The notes below the pieces were generated by a model. The model did not search any database. It was given only the letters and a program-made list of their open reading frames with translations, and was not told where the DNA came from. A stretch of DNA of 64,000 nt from Pseudohongiellaceae bacterium (lineage in GTDB: Bacteria; Pseudomonadota; Gammaproteobacteria; Pseudomonadales; Pseudohongiellaceae), in contig CBFIDY010000003.1 of NCBI GenBank assembly GCA_965661495.1, positions 38,619 to 102,618 of the forward strand, read 5' to 3'. The translations under genes were made by a program, and so were the position numbers. Shown piece after piece: positions 34,729 through 43,312 of this stretch (position 1 is the first letter of the stretch; each line of letters starts with the position of its first letter).

Positions 34729-35901
34729 CTAGTTGCTCGGTGTCAGGCGCAGTACTCCGCGATTTTCCGTCGCAATGTAGATTGCACCGTCGGGGCCTTC
34801 ATGAATATCGCGTATACGGCCGATGCCATTGAGCAGAGTTTCTTCCATCATCGCCATCTTGCCATCGTCGGTAAGATCGACACGTGCGAGCTGCTGACCG
34901 CGAAGTCCGCCGACAAAAACATCGCCCTGCCAGTTAGGGAAGAGATCGCCGCCATAGATCATGAGACCTGCGGTCGCGATTGAGGGTACCCAAAAGTGGA
35001 GAGGCTGCTCCATGCCTTCGCTAGACTGTGAGCCGTGAATTGGCAGGCCAGGGCCGTAGTTCACGCCATAGCCGATGACCGGCCAGCCGTAGTTGTTGCC
35101 GGCTTCAACGATATTGAGTTCGTCGCCGCCCTGAGGGCCATGCTCGTCTGTCCAGACGTCGCCGGTAACTGGGTGAATATCGATACCTTGTGGGTTGCGA
35201 TGTCCGTAGCTGTAAATTTCTGGCAGCGCGCCGCTCTGGCCAACAAAGGGATTGTCGCTCGGCACTGTGCCGTCATCGTTCAGGCGGACTACGGTGCCGT
35301 TGTGGTTTGAAAGATCTTGCGCGGGATGAGCCTGCAGGTCGCCTGACGGTGGAGCCTGGCGATCGCCAATCGTTAGGAACAGGTAGCCGTCGTTATCAAA
35401 CGCAATGCGACCGCCGTAGTGTCCATTGCGGCCTTCACTGCTCGCTTGGAAAATAGTTTCTACATTGCTCAATCGGTCATTTTCGAACGTGCCGCGCACG
35501 ATTGTCGTCGTGGATTCGTCTGGCAGCGGCTTGGAAAAACTTAAGTACAGCAATTTGTTGGACGCGAACTCCGGATGAGGTAGCACATCAAACAGGCCGC
35601 CTTGGCCTACGGCGTGCACTTCGGGCACACCTTCGACGGGTGCTGCCAGCAGGGTGCCGTTGCGCACGACGCGGAGACGTCCCGGACGCTCGGTGACGAG
35701 CATGTCGCCATTGGGCAGCCAAGTCATTGACCATGGCACTTCTAAGCCTTCGGCTACGCTCTCTACTTCGAAGTCGTGGGCGGCGGAGCTGAACTGCTCC
35801 TGCGCTGTTGCCGAGCTCACTAGCGAAGCTGCGACCGCTGCGGCTAGTGCTAGACTAGTAAAGGGGTTAACGGGGAAAGAGGATCGATGCTTAGTGCTCA
35901 T
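34729..35901 (-). CDS. PQQ-dependent soluble sugar (aldose/sorbosone) dehydrogenase, YliI-like
   Basis: Signal peptide, then PWSMTWLPNGDMLVTERPGRLRVV, HYGGRIAFD, YSYGHRNPQGI and NYGWP. Confidence 0.85.
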   Translation of the reverse strand: MSTKHRSSFPVNPFTSLALAAAVAASLVSSATAQEQFSSAAHDFEVESVAEGLEVPWSMTWLPNGDMLVTERPGRLRVVRNGTLLAAPVEGVPEVHAVGQGGLFDVLPHPEFASNKLLYLSFSKPLPDESTTTIVRGTFENDRLSNVETIFQASSEGRNGHYGGRIAFDNDGYLFLTIGDRQAPPSGDLQAHPAQDLSNHNGTVVRLNDDGTVPSDNPFVGQSGALPEIYSYGHRNPQGIDIHPVTGDVWTDEHGPQGGDELNIVEAGNNYGWPVIGYGVNYGPGLPIHGSQSSEGMEQPLHFWVPSIATAGLMIYGGDLFPNWQGDVFVGGLRGQQLARVDLTDDGKMAMMEETLLNGIGRIRDIHEGPDGAIYIATENRGVLRLTPSN

Positions 35902-36005
35902 TATATGCGCTCCGTCGAATAGGCAGTTGCTGGGGATTCCATTACTCTACGAGCATTCTAGACTCTCAGACCGATCGAGGCTACGCCTTAACTTGGAGAA
36001 AACAC

Positions 36006-36692
36006 ATGAAATCTGTAAGGTTTTTTCACCTCATTTCTTCCTATGCGGTGCTGTGCGCCACCTTGAGCTCTCCGTCCTTCGCGGCGGAATCTGAGCTTGT
36101 TGATATTGCCAAGACGGGGGCAGGGTTCGCAGTGGAGGCTCGTTACGCAGGCAGCAATAACTTCGTAGGCACCGCAATCGAGGGTTATGAGGCAGCTAAG
36201 GTGCTATTGACTCCACAGGCGACTGCGGCGCTGCAGCAGGCGCAGTCAGCCTTAGGTGAGTTCGGCTTAGGGCTAAAGGTGTTCGACGGCTACAGGCCAC
36301 AGAGAGCGGTTGATCACTTTGTGCGCTGGGCGAGCGATCTCAGCGCAACACAAATGAAGTCCCAGTTCTATCCCGCGGTTGCTAAGCGCGACCTGTTCAG
36401 CGACGGCTACATTGCTGAGCGCTCTGGGCACTCGCGAGGCAGTACAGTAGATCTGACTGTCATCGATCTAGAGAGCGGTGCAGAGTTGGACATGGGCACG
36501 CCTTGGGACTTCTTTGATCTCGCCTCGTGGCCATCAAGCCAAACGCCTAGTGCGCAGGCGAGGGCGAATCGCGCGCTGCTGCAGCGCGTGATGCTGGACG
36601 CGGGGTTTCGGTCGTTAGAAACCGAATGGTGGCATTTCACCTTAGAAAACGAGCCTTATCCTGAAACCTATTTTGATAGGCCTATTCAGTAG
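36006..36692 (+). CDS. ddpX: D-alanyl-D-alanine dipeptidase (VanX/DdpX, M15D) with signal peptide
   Basis: FDGYRPQRAVDHF, SGHSRGSTVDLT and EWWHFT are the zinc and catalytic motifs. The N-terminal MKSVRFFHLISSYAVLCATLSSPSFA looks like a cleavable signal. Confidence 0.82.
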   Translation: MKSVRFFHLISSYAVLCATLSSPSFAAESELVDIAKTGAGFAVEARYAGSNNFVGTAIEGYEAAKVLLTPQATAALQQAQSALGEFGLGLKVFDGYRPQRAVDHFVRWASDLSATQMKSQFYPAVAKRDLFSDGYIAERSGHSRGSTVDLTVIDLESGAELDMGTPWDFFDLASWPSSQTPSAQARANRALLQRVMLDAGFRSLETEWWHFTLENEPYPETYFDRPIQ

Positions 36693-36720
36693 CAGTGCGC
36701 TGCGCGCAGCAAGTCTAGAG

Positions 36721-37878
36721 CTACTCTCCAGCCGACTGACTGGCTAGTGTTCCGCAGTCGCCGCTCATGGCGCTAATCCACTCGCGCACGAGCGCGACGC
36801 CTTCGGCATGGACAAGGGATCGACCCAGCTCTGGCATCATCTCATCGGGCTTTTGAGAGGCGAGACGGTAGTGGAGGATCGAGCTATCTGGATCCCCAGG
36901 CACGATGCCGTACTGCAGGTCGCCGGCACCGCCACCGGCGGCTACGGGCGGCTTACAGACACCGGTACTCACTAGCTTGCTGTGTTTGCCCGTTAGAACG
37001 AGGCCGGAAGTATCGGCTGCCCCCTCCGGATTGTGACAGTGACCGCACTGCATATTGAGGTAGGCCATCGCCCGTGTCTCCAAGCTTTGGCTAAGGTCGT
37101 CATAGGCGGCGATAGCGGGCCCTGCAGGGGCTTTGTCTAACCAGCCGCGAGCGACGAGAGACTCAATCTGGGGGCGGAACTCGCCATCCGAGGTGTGGCC
37201 TGGAGCTGTGAGCTGGCTGGCAATCGCGCCCAGCGGATGCATGCCGCCGTCGGGGTGCTTGGTCGTGTGACAGCCGGAGCACTGGTTTTCGTTGGGTACA
37301 AAATAGGCGAACTGCGTGGGCTGCGCCGAGGGCTTATCTGCATCGACTAGGGTGAGCGCATGGCTCGCTCCGGCCACGCGTAAGAAGGCCTCGGTTTCGT
37401 CTTCGTTCCACACGTACGGCAGTGCTTTCCAGCCATCTGCTTGACGAACGAGGAGGCGGGTTTCGATGAGTCGTGAATCGGCGAGGGAAATTTCCTTCGC
37501 GCCGCTATCGGCAGTTTTTATCACTCGACCCTGAGCATCAGTCGGGTAGTAGAAGGTCTTGCTTAAAATGCTGCCAACTGGGTACTCGATCTCGTTGTCG
37601 ACCAAAGTCGCCTGCAGGCCTTCTGGGATCCACAGCGTACGCAGTTTATGGGCATAGTCGGTAAAGAGGGGATTCGCCGGTCGCACTACCTCTAAAGCGG
37701 GCAGGGGAGCTAGGCGCTTTTCGTCGAGCTCGAAAAGCCCCCATTGCGAGAGTCTTTGTGGTTTCTGCTGCGCGAAATCGGCGAAAAACGTCGGCGCTTT
37801 GTCACCACAGGCAGCTAGGGTGGCTAGCAACACACCAATAATTAGCAGCTTGGCTGAGCTATGTCTTCGAACACTCAC
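36721..37878 (-). CDS. Diheme c-type cytochrome lipoprotein (SO_2930/HNE_0200-type family)
   Basis: Lipobox LATLAACGD and two heme motifs, CSGCH and CGHCH. It sits directly downstream of a parallel beta-helix lipoprotein, which is the remembered partner arrangement. Confidence 0.7.
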   Translation of the reverse strand: MSVRRHSSAKLLIIGVLLATLAACGDKAPTFFADFAQQKPQRLSQWGLFELDEKRLAPLPALEVVRPANPLFTDYAHKLRTLWIPEGLQATLVDNEIEYPVGSILSKTFYYPTDAQGRVIKTADSGAKEISLADSRLIETRLLVRQADGWKALPYVWNEDETEAFLRVAGASHALTLVDADKPSAQPTQFAYFVPNENQCSGCHTTKHPDGGMHPLGAIASQLTAPGHTSDGEFRPQIESLVARGWLDKAPAGPAIAAYDDLSQSLETRAMAYLNMQCGHCHNPEGAADTSGLVLTGKHSKLVSTGVCKPPVAAGGGAGDLQYGIVPGDPDSSILHYRLASQKPDEMMPELGRSLVHAEGVALVREWISAMSGDCGTLASQSAGE

Positions 37879-37920
37879 TGAAATCCCCCTTTCTCGGTCG
37901 CTATCCTATTTTCCGCGGTG

Positions 37921-39204
37921 CTAATCTGCAGCCGTGTCATTGGGCAGCACGATTTCTTGTAGTGCGGGCTGCGCGCAAAGATGCGGAGTTAGGTCAAAAG
38001 AAGGCGCTGCGAAGCCGTTCATGGCGTCGAGGTTGGCGAAGCTCATGCCGCCTTCGCCAAGACAGATAATCTCGTCAGGCGTTTTTGTTGGTTCGCCGTT
38101 CGCGTCGGGCATGATAGCTCCGCCCCAAACCACATCGGGAATCGGCTGACCGGTAGCAGCTTTTAACGCCTGTAGCGCGTCGAAGTCGGGGTTCTCACCG
38201 CCGCTTTCGAACACGTTGTCGTGAATGTAGATCGCTTCGGGGAAGGGGTCGTAGTTAGGATCGTCGAGGGGCAAGCCATTAATCAGGTAGCTCACAATCA
38301 TCACATTGGTCGTTTGATTGTCTGCGAAGCGGTTGCCGAAGATCTCGATGCTATCGTTGGCGAGTACCATCATGCCGGTGCCTGCGGGTACCGTGCCCAC
38401 GATATTGCCTTCCGGCGCGAAATTATCGACATTATTGCTGTGAATGTCGTTGTCAAAAACGCGGGTGTTGCGGCCACCTTGTACCGGTAAATTCGGCAGA
38501 TCGAACACTAGGATGCCGCCGGTGTTGTTGGTAGCCACGTTGTTGTAAACATCGGCAAACGTGGAATTCTCGATCTCAATGCCAGCAACATTGTATTCGG
38601 CACGTGAGTCGCGAACGATGATCTGGCTAGACTGCCCGACATAAATCCCCGCGTCCGACGCGCCGATGGCGACTGCGCCCTCGATTAAAATATTTTTAGA
38701 CTGCACGGGGTAAATGCCGTAGGCGCCATTGGTAGTCAGAGGGCCGCCAGTCCATTCAGTGCGGACATTGCGCACGACGACATTTTCGCTCTGGTTAATC
38801 TTCAGCGCATCGCCCACGGTGTCTTCGAGCGCCAGATCTTCGAGAACAAAATCATTCGCATTGACAAGCAGCCCCTCGGCGCCCTGCACCTGATTTTTGA
38901 AGGACAGTATGGACACATCCATGCCCTGGCCGCGGATCGTGACTCCCGGAGCGTTCAGGGACAAGCTTCGGGTCATCTCATGTACCCCGGCAGGGATTTC
39001 GATCACATCTCCAGGCTGCGCAGTGATTAGCTGCTCCTGCAACGATTCCTCGAAGCTCAGCTCGGGCATTGCGACTTCCTCTGGCGAGCAGCCAAGAAGC
39101 ATCGCGCCGCATAGCGCTCCAGCCATGAGTCGTCTGCTTAGCTTGGCGGTCGAAGCGAGAACAGAAGGGGTGTGCGTTAGAGAATCCGGAGAGAGATTAG
39201 ACAT
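37921..39204 (-). CDS. Parallel beta-helix repeat lipoprotein (TIGR03805-like)
   Basis: Lipobox LLGCSP and repeated PbH1-like turns (VVVRNVRTEW, ILIEGAVAIGASDAGIYVGQSSQIIVRDSRAEYNVAGIEIENS, VYNNVATNNTGGILVF). Confidence 0.7.
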   Translation of the reverse strand: MSNLSPDSLTHTPSVLASTAKLSRRLMAGALCGAMLLGCSPEEVAMPELSFEESLQEQLITAQPGDVIEIPAGVHEMTRSLSLNAPGVTIRGQGMDVSILSFKNQVQGAEGLLVNANDFVLEDLALEDTVGDALKINQSENVVVRNVRTEWTGGPLTTNGAYGIYPVQSKNILIEGAVAIGASDAGIYVGQSSQIIVRDSRAEYNVAGIEIENSTFADVYNNVATNNTGGILVFDLPNLPVQGGRNTRVFDNDIHSNNVDNFAPEGNIVGTVPAGTGMMVLANDSIEIFGNRFADNQTTNVMIVSYLINGLPLDDPNYDPFPEAIYIHDNVFESGGENPDFDALQALKAATGQPIPDVVWGGAIMPDANGEPTKTPDEIICLGEGGMSFANLDAMNGFAAPSFDLTPHLCAQPALQEIVLPNDTAAD

Positions 39205-39470
39205 AATAAAGGAGGTCCCTGAGCGAAGTTGGCTAGGGCTAGTTGGCCCGAGTCCAGATATAAGCGGCAGTCTGCTAAGCAGCTGTATGCTATTTATTGT
39301 TTTGACAAGCTTGCCGAGTATAGAAGGGTTTTGGGCTCGCCGGCAATGCCGTGGCGCCTGCCCCCGTCGCGGTGCCGATAAGTAGTATTGTGGTAGGTGC
39401 TAGGTTATGCTCAAAGACAGATTTCTCGGCACAAACGGCCTGTAAGTTGGGTCTAAGACTTGCCTGCTTT

Positions 39471-39492
39471 TTGTGTGCTGATTGTGTGCTGA
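39471..39492. repeat. Perfect 11-bp tandem duplication TTGTGTGCTGA x2, upstream of the TAXI-TRAP operon
   Basis: Read directly at 39471-39481 and 39482-39492. Confidence 0.85.
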
Positions 39493-39549
39493 GTCGCTCA
39501 AAGAGCGGCACTGCGGACGCCACTTCTAATAACGGAGACGAGTTGCCCA

Positions 39550-40857
39550 ATGACTGCTCGCGGTTTTTTCTATAGTCTATTTCCCCGTCGGCGTTCTAGT
39601 CGGCTTTCCAGTCGACTTTCCAGTCGACTTTCACGTCGAAAGAGCCCCCAAGGTTTTTCGCTTCCAACCTTAATTCTAGGTGGTTTGCCTCAACGCTGGG
39701 TATTTCTGAGTCTGTTGCTTGCGCAGAGCACGCAGGCGGCTAGTGTTGGAACTATTCCTGCGCAGGCAGGTATTGAGCTTCCCAAAACCATGGCGTGGTC
39801 AGCCTACCCAACGGGCACCGGCGGTTACAGTCAGGCGGTTGCATTAGGCAATATTTTGCAGCGTACCTACGGCGTGAATCTGCGCGTGATTCCGGGTCGC
39901 AACGATGTCTCTCGCCTGGCGACTCTGCGCGCCGAGCGTGTCCATTTTTCAGCGGGAGGGTCAGAGTCGGTTTACGCGCAGGAAGGAATTCTTAATTTTG
40001 CATCGAAAATCTGGGGGCCGCAGCCGGTCAGAGCGCTGCTGTCTAACTATTCCAATAGCTGCTCGTTTACATTTGCCACCGCGGCAGACGCAAACATCTT
40101 TGGTGTTGCCGACCTCAAAGGCAAGCGCGTGACTTTCGTTCAAGGCGCACCCTCGCTTAACAATGCCACCGCCGCTCTATTGTCCTATGCGGAGCTTACC
40201 TGGGACGACGTTGAGCGAGTTGAGGTTGGGGGCTACAACGCCTCTATCGATGCCATTCTTAATGATCGAGCCGATGCCGCAGGCGGCGCCTGCAATTCAC
40301 CGCCGTTTCTCCGCGTCGAAGCCTCCCCGCGCGGTCTGCGCTTCCCTGCGCTCCCTCACGACAACGCTGAGGGGATCGCGCGCGTCCGGCAGCGCTTACC
40401 GTGGTATGTGCCGCATATCGCTTTCGAGGGACCGACACTACCGGATGAGGGGCTCGAGGTTTTCACCTCCGCCTATCCATTGCTAGTGGGGCTGGACTCT
40501 TCAGACGAGGCGATGGCCTACAGCACAGTGAAGATCCTGCATCGCCATTATGAAGAATATCGTGACGCGGCCCCCGGTGCGATGGGCTGGACATTCGAAC
40601 GGCAGAAGCTCGAGCAGGCCTTTTTGCCGTACCACGAAGGGGCTATCCGCTACTTCAAAGAGGTAGGAATGTGGACGCCTGAGGCAGCGGCAAAAAATGA
40701 CGAGAATTTGCATCGGCAGTCGGTTCTTCGCGCCGCATGGGAAGCGTTTCTTCCTACGGCGCCTGAAGACTATAAGGAATTCGAGCAGGCCTGGCTGGCG
40801 GCGCGGTTGGGCGCTCTTAAAGCCGAGGGTCTAATCACGCTTGCCGACACTCTTTAG
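39550..40857 (+). CDS. TAXI-family TRAP transporter solute-binding protein (start uncertain)
   Basis: YPTGTGGYSQAVALGNIL and the overall TAXI pattern are present, and a fused TRAP permease follows. An alternative TTG start at 39685 would give a classical signal peptide (LPQRWVFLSLLLAQSTQA/AS). Confidence 0.8.
   Translation: MTARGFFYSLFPRRRSSRLSSRLSSRLSRRKSPQGFSLPTLILGGLPQRWVFLSLLLAQSTQAASVGTIPAQAGIELPKTMAWSAYPTGTGGYSQAVALGNILQRTYGVNLRVIPGRNDVSRLATLRAERVHFSAGGSESVYAQEGILNFASKIWGPQPVRALLSNYSNSCSFTFATAADANIFGVADLKGKRVTFVQGAPSLNNATAALLSYAELTWDDVERVEVGGYNASIDAILNDRADAAGGACNSPPFLRVEASPRGLRFPALPHDNAEGIARVRQRLPWYVPHIAFEGPTLPDEGLEVFTSAYPLLVGLDSSDEAMAYSTVKILHRHYEEYRDAAPGAMGWTFERQKLEQAFLPYHEGAIRYFKEVGMWTPEAAAKNDENLHRQSVLRAAWEAFLPTAPEDYKEFEQAWLAARLGALKAEGLITLADTL
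39598..39633. repeat. 12-bp tandem repeat x3 (AGTCGGCTTTCC, AGTCGACTTTCC, AGTCGACTTTCA), each with a GTCGAC core
   Basis: Read directly. If ATG 39550 is the true start, it is in frame and encodes SRLSSRLSSRLS. Confidence 0.85.
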
Positions 40858-40903
40858 ATTAAACGATAAAACAAAACAATAGACATACCGAGCGACTAGC
40901 CGA

Positions 40904-42892
40904 ATGAGCCAAAGCCCTAGCACATTGACAAGTACGAGCACCGATTCTAGCCAACTCACTATTCGCTACCGCGAGCTGTCGCCGCGTTGGCGGGCGATAA
41001 TGGCCACGCTCACAGGCGTGTCGATCCTCCTCGCGGTGAATCAGGTGTTCAATCTAGGCTTCTTTGTCGGCTATGTTCTGCTCGACAGTCGCTATATGTA
41101 TCTCATTACAGGCGTCATGCTGAGCATGGTGTTTGTGACTTTTCCTGCCACTAAGCACAGTCCGAAACACGTGCCTTGGTATGACATTCTCATCATGCTG
41201 ATCATCGCTGGTGTGTTCGCCTATTTCGCGTTTTACGCTGAAAGGATCGTCCTCGAGGCTTGGGAATATGCCGCGCCACCGATTGGTGTTTGGCTTGCAC
41301 TGCTAACCTGGGTGATTGTGATGGAAGCGGGGCGCCGCGCCGGCGGCTGGCCGGTGTTCGCGATTGTGGCGCTTTTTTCTCTGTATCCCACTTTCGCTGA
41401 CAAGCTGCCGAATGTGATCGCGGCTCTCAGTATTCCTGTGCAAGACGTGGCGATGTTTCATGTAATGGGGGCGGAGAGTTTGTTTGGTATTCCGATGCAG
41501 GTGTTTGCCCAGCTTGTCTTCGGCTTTCTCGTTTTTGGTGTGTCGCTTCAGTACACCGGCGGCGGCCCTTTCTTTATTAACCTCGCGTTTGCTCTGCTGG
41601 GGCACAAGCGCGGCGGTCCAGCCAAGGTTTCTATTTTTTCTAGCGGCCTCATGGGCTCAATGAGCGGCGGGCCTATAAGCAACGTGCTCACAACCGGCCC
41701 GCTGTCGATCCCTGCGATGCAGCGCATAGGTTTCACGCGTGAATATGCGGCTGGGGTTGAAGCCTGCGCCTCGACCGGCGGCGTGCTTATGCCGCCCATC
41801 ATGGGCGCGACGGCGTTTGTGATGGCGAGCTTTCTCAATATTAGCTACGTCACCGTAGCAATCGCCGCTATTGTTCCCTCGCTGCTGTATTTCTTCGGTT
41901 TGTTCATGCAGATCGATGCCCACGCTGCGCGGGATAACTTGCAGGGGCTGCCCAAGGAAGAGTTGCCGCGAGTCGGCGAGGTTTTCCGTGACGGCTGGTA
42001 CTTTATTGCGGTGTTTGCCGCGCTGATCTGGATGTTGGTGTTCATGCAGCGCGAGGCAGTTGCGCCTTTTTACGCGACTGCGCTACTGCTAGTCATTAAT
42101 CAGTTCACTAAGCACAGGCTCGATAAAACGCGCCTACTTGAGCTTGTTGCCACGATGGGAAAGCTGCTGGCGGAGCTGGCGGGAATTCTCGCTGCTATCG
42201 GTTTGATTATCGGCGGGCTCGCGGTGACCGGAATCGCCGGCACTATCGCCAATGATCTCGTGTATCTTGCCGGTGACAATGTGCTGATACTACTCATGAT
42301 GGGCGCACTGACGAGCTTCGTTCTGGGCATCGGTATGACTGTGACGGCGGCCTATATTTTCCTCGCCATTGTCTTAGTTCCGGCGCTAACTAATTCCGGC
42401 TTAGATCCCCTTGCGAGTCATATGTTTGTGATGTACTGGGGCATGCTGAGTTTTATTACGCCGCCTGTTGCCTTGGCTGCCTTCGCTGCGGCATCCGTCG
42501 CGCAGGTCTCGCCCATGCGGGCGGGCCTGCAAGCGATGCGTCTTGGCGCTATCATTTATTTCGTGCCGTTCTTTTTCGTATTGAACCCCGCTCTACTCCT
42601 GCAGGGCAGCTGGCTGGAAAATGCTCAGGCCTTGTCTACAGCCCTAGTAGGCGTCGCTTTGGTCAGTGCTGCGCTGCAGGGCTACCTGATCGGCGTTGGC
42701 GATCTTGGTCGTGGGAGTTTAGGACTGTTAGTGCGCGCCTTAGTTGGTGTTGCGGGTCTTACGCTTGCGCTGCCGGCAGGCGGCTTGTTCGGTCTTAGTC
42801 AGCTGCTTTTGCTCGGCATCGCCGGCCTAGCGCTAGTTCTAGGTCTCGTTTTGCGCGCTGCGCAGAGTAGGAGCACTGTTCTCGCTTCTTAA
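40904..42892 (+). CDS. TRAP transporter fused permease (4TM+12TM, TAXI type)
   Basis: 662 aa and highly hydrophobic, directly downstream of the TAXI binding protein. Confidence 0.88.
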   Translation: MSQSPSTLTSTSTDSSQLTIRYRELSPRWRAIMATLTGVSILLAVNQVFNLGFFVGYVLLDSRYMYLITGVMLSMVFVTFPATKHSPKHVPWYDILIMLIIAGVFAYFAFYAERIVLEAWEYAAPPIGVWLALLTWVIVMEAGRRAGGWPVFAIVALFSLYPTFADKLPNVIAALSIPVQDVAMFHVMGAESLFGIPMQVFAQLVFGFLVFGVSLQYTGGGPFFINLAFALLGHKRGGPAKVSIFSSGLMGSMSGGPISNVLTTGPLSIPAMQRIGFTREYAAGVEACASTGGVLMPPIMGATAFVMASFLNISYVTVAIAAIVPSLLYFFGLFMQIDAHAARDNLQGLPKEELPRVGEVFRDGWYFIAVFAALIWMLVFMQREAVAPFYATALLLVINQFTKHRLDKTRLLELVATMGKLLAELAGILAAIGLIIGGLAVTGIAGTIANDLVYLAGDNVLILLMMGALTSFVLGIGMTVTAAYIFLAIVLVPALTNSGLDPLASHMFVMYWGMLSFITPPVALAAFAAASVAQVSPMRAGLQAMRLGAIIYFVPFFFVLNPALLLQGSWLENAQALSTALVGVALVSAALQGYLIGVGDLGRGSLGLLVRALVGVAGLTLALPAGGLFGLSQLLLLGIAGLALVLGLVLRAAQSRSTVLAS

Positions 42893-42907
42893 CAAACAGG
42901 ATCCTCT

Positions 42908-43312
42908 ATGAAAGCTCTTAGCCGCGGGTTTCAGGCGCTGGTCGCAGCCGCTGAAAAGGAAGTGGAATCGCTAAGCCCCGCCCAATTGCGCGCGGCGCTG
43001 GATGATTCGACCGAGGGATTATTGCTAGTCGACGTGCGCGACGTGCGCGAAGTGAAGCGTGAAGGCTTTATCGAGGGGTCGCTGCACATTCCAAGAGGCA
43101 TGCTGGAGTTTTGGATTGATCCCGACAGCCCCTACTACCGCAAAGAATTCGACAGCGCCGAGTCGCTGATTATTTACTGTAATAAAGGCTGGCGGTCGGC
43201 GCTGGCTGCGCAGAGCTTAAAAAATATGGGTTTAGACGCGGTGTCTCATCTTGCTGGCGGGCTGGAGCGCTGGAAGAGTGAAGGCGGAGCAGTTCAAGAG
43301 AGTAAAGCATGA
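42908..43312 (+). CDS. Rhodanese-domain sulfurtransferase
   Basis: 134 aa. LVDVRDVRE and active-site loop YCNKGWRS. Confidence 0.85.
   Translation: MKALSRGFQALVAAAEKEVESLSPAQLRAALDDSTEGLLLVDVRDVREVKREGFIEGSLHIPRGMLEFWIDPDSPYYRKEFDSAESLIIYCNKGWRSALAAQSLKNMGLDAVSHLAGGLERWKSEGGAVQESKA

Noticed and set aside
39550-39700. Twin-arginine (Tat) signal in the TAXI protein N-terminus (LSRRKSPQGF).
   Set aside because: The sequence does not fit S/T-R-R-x-F-L-K, and the Arg-rich tract is generated by the 12-bp DNA repeat. A Sec-type signal from an internal TTG start is at least as likely.
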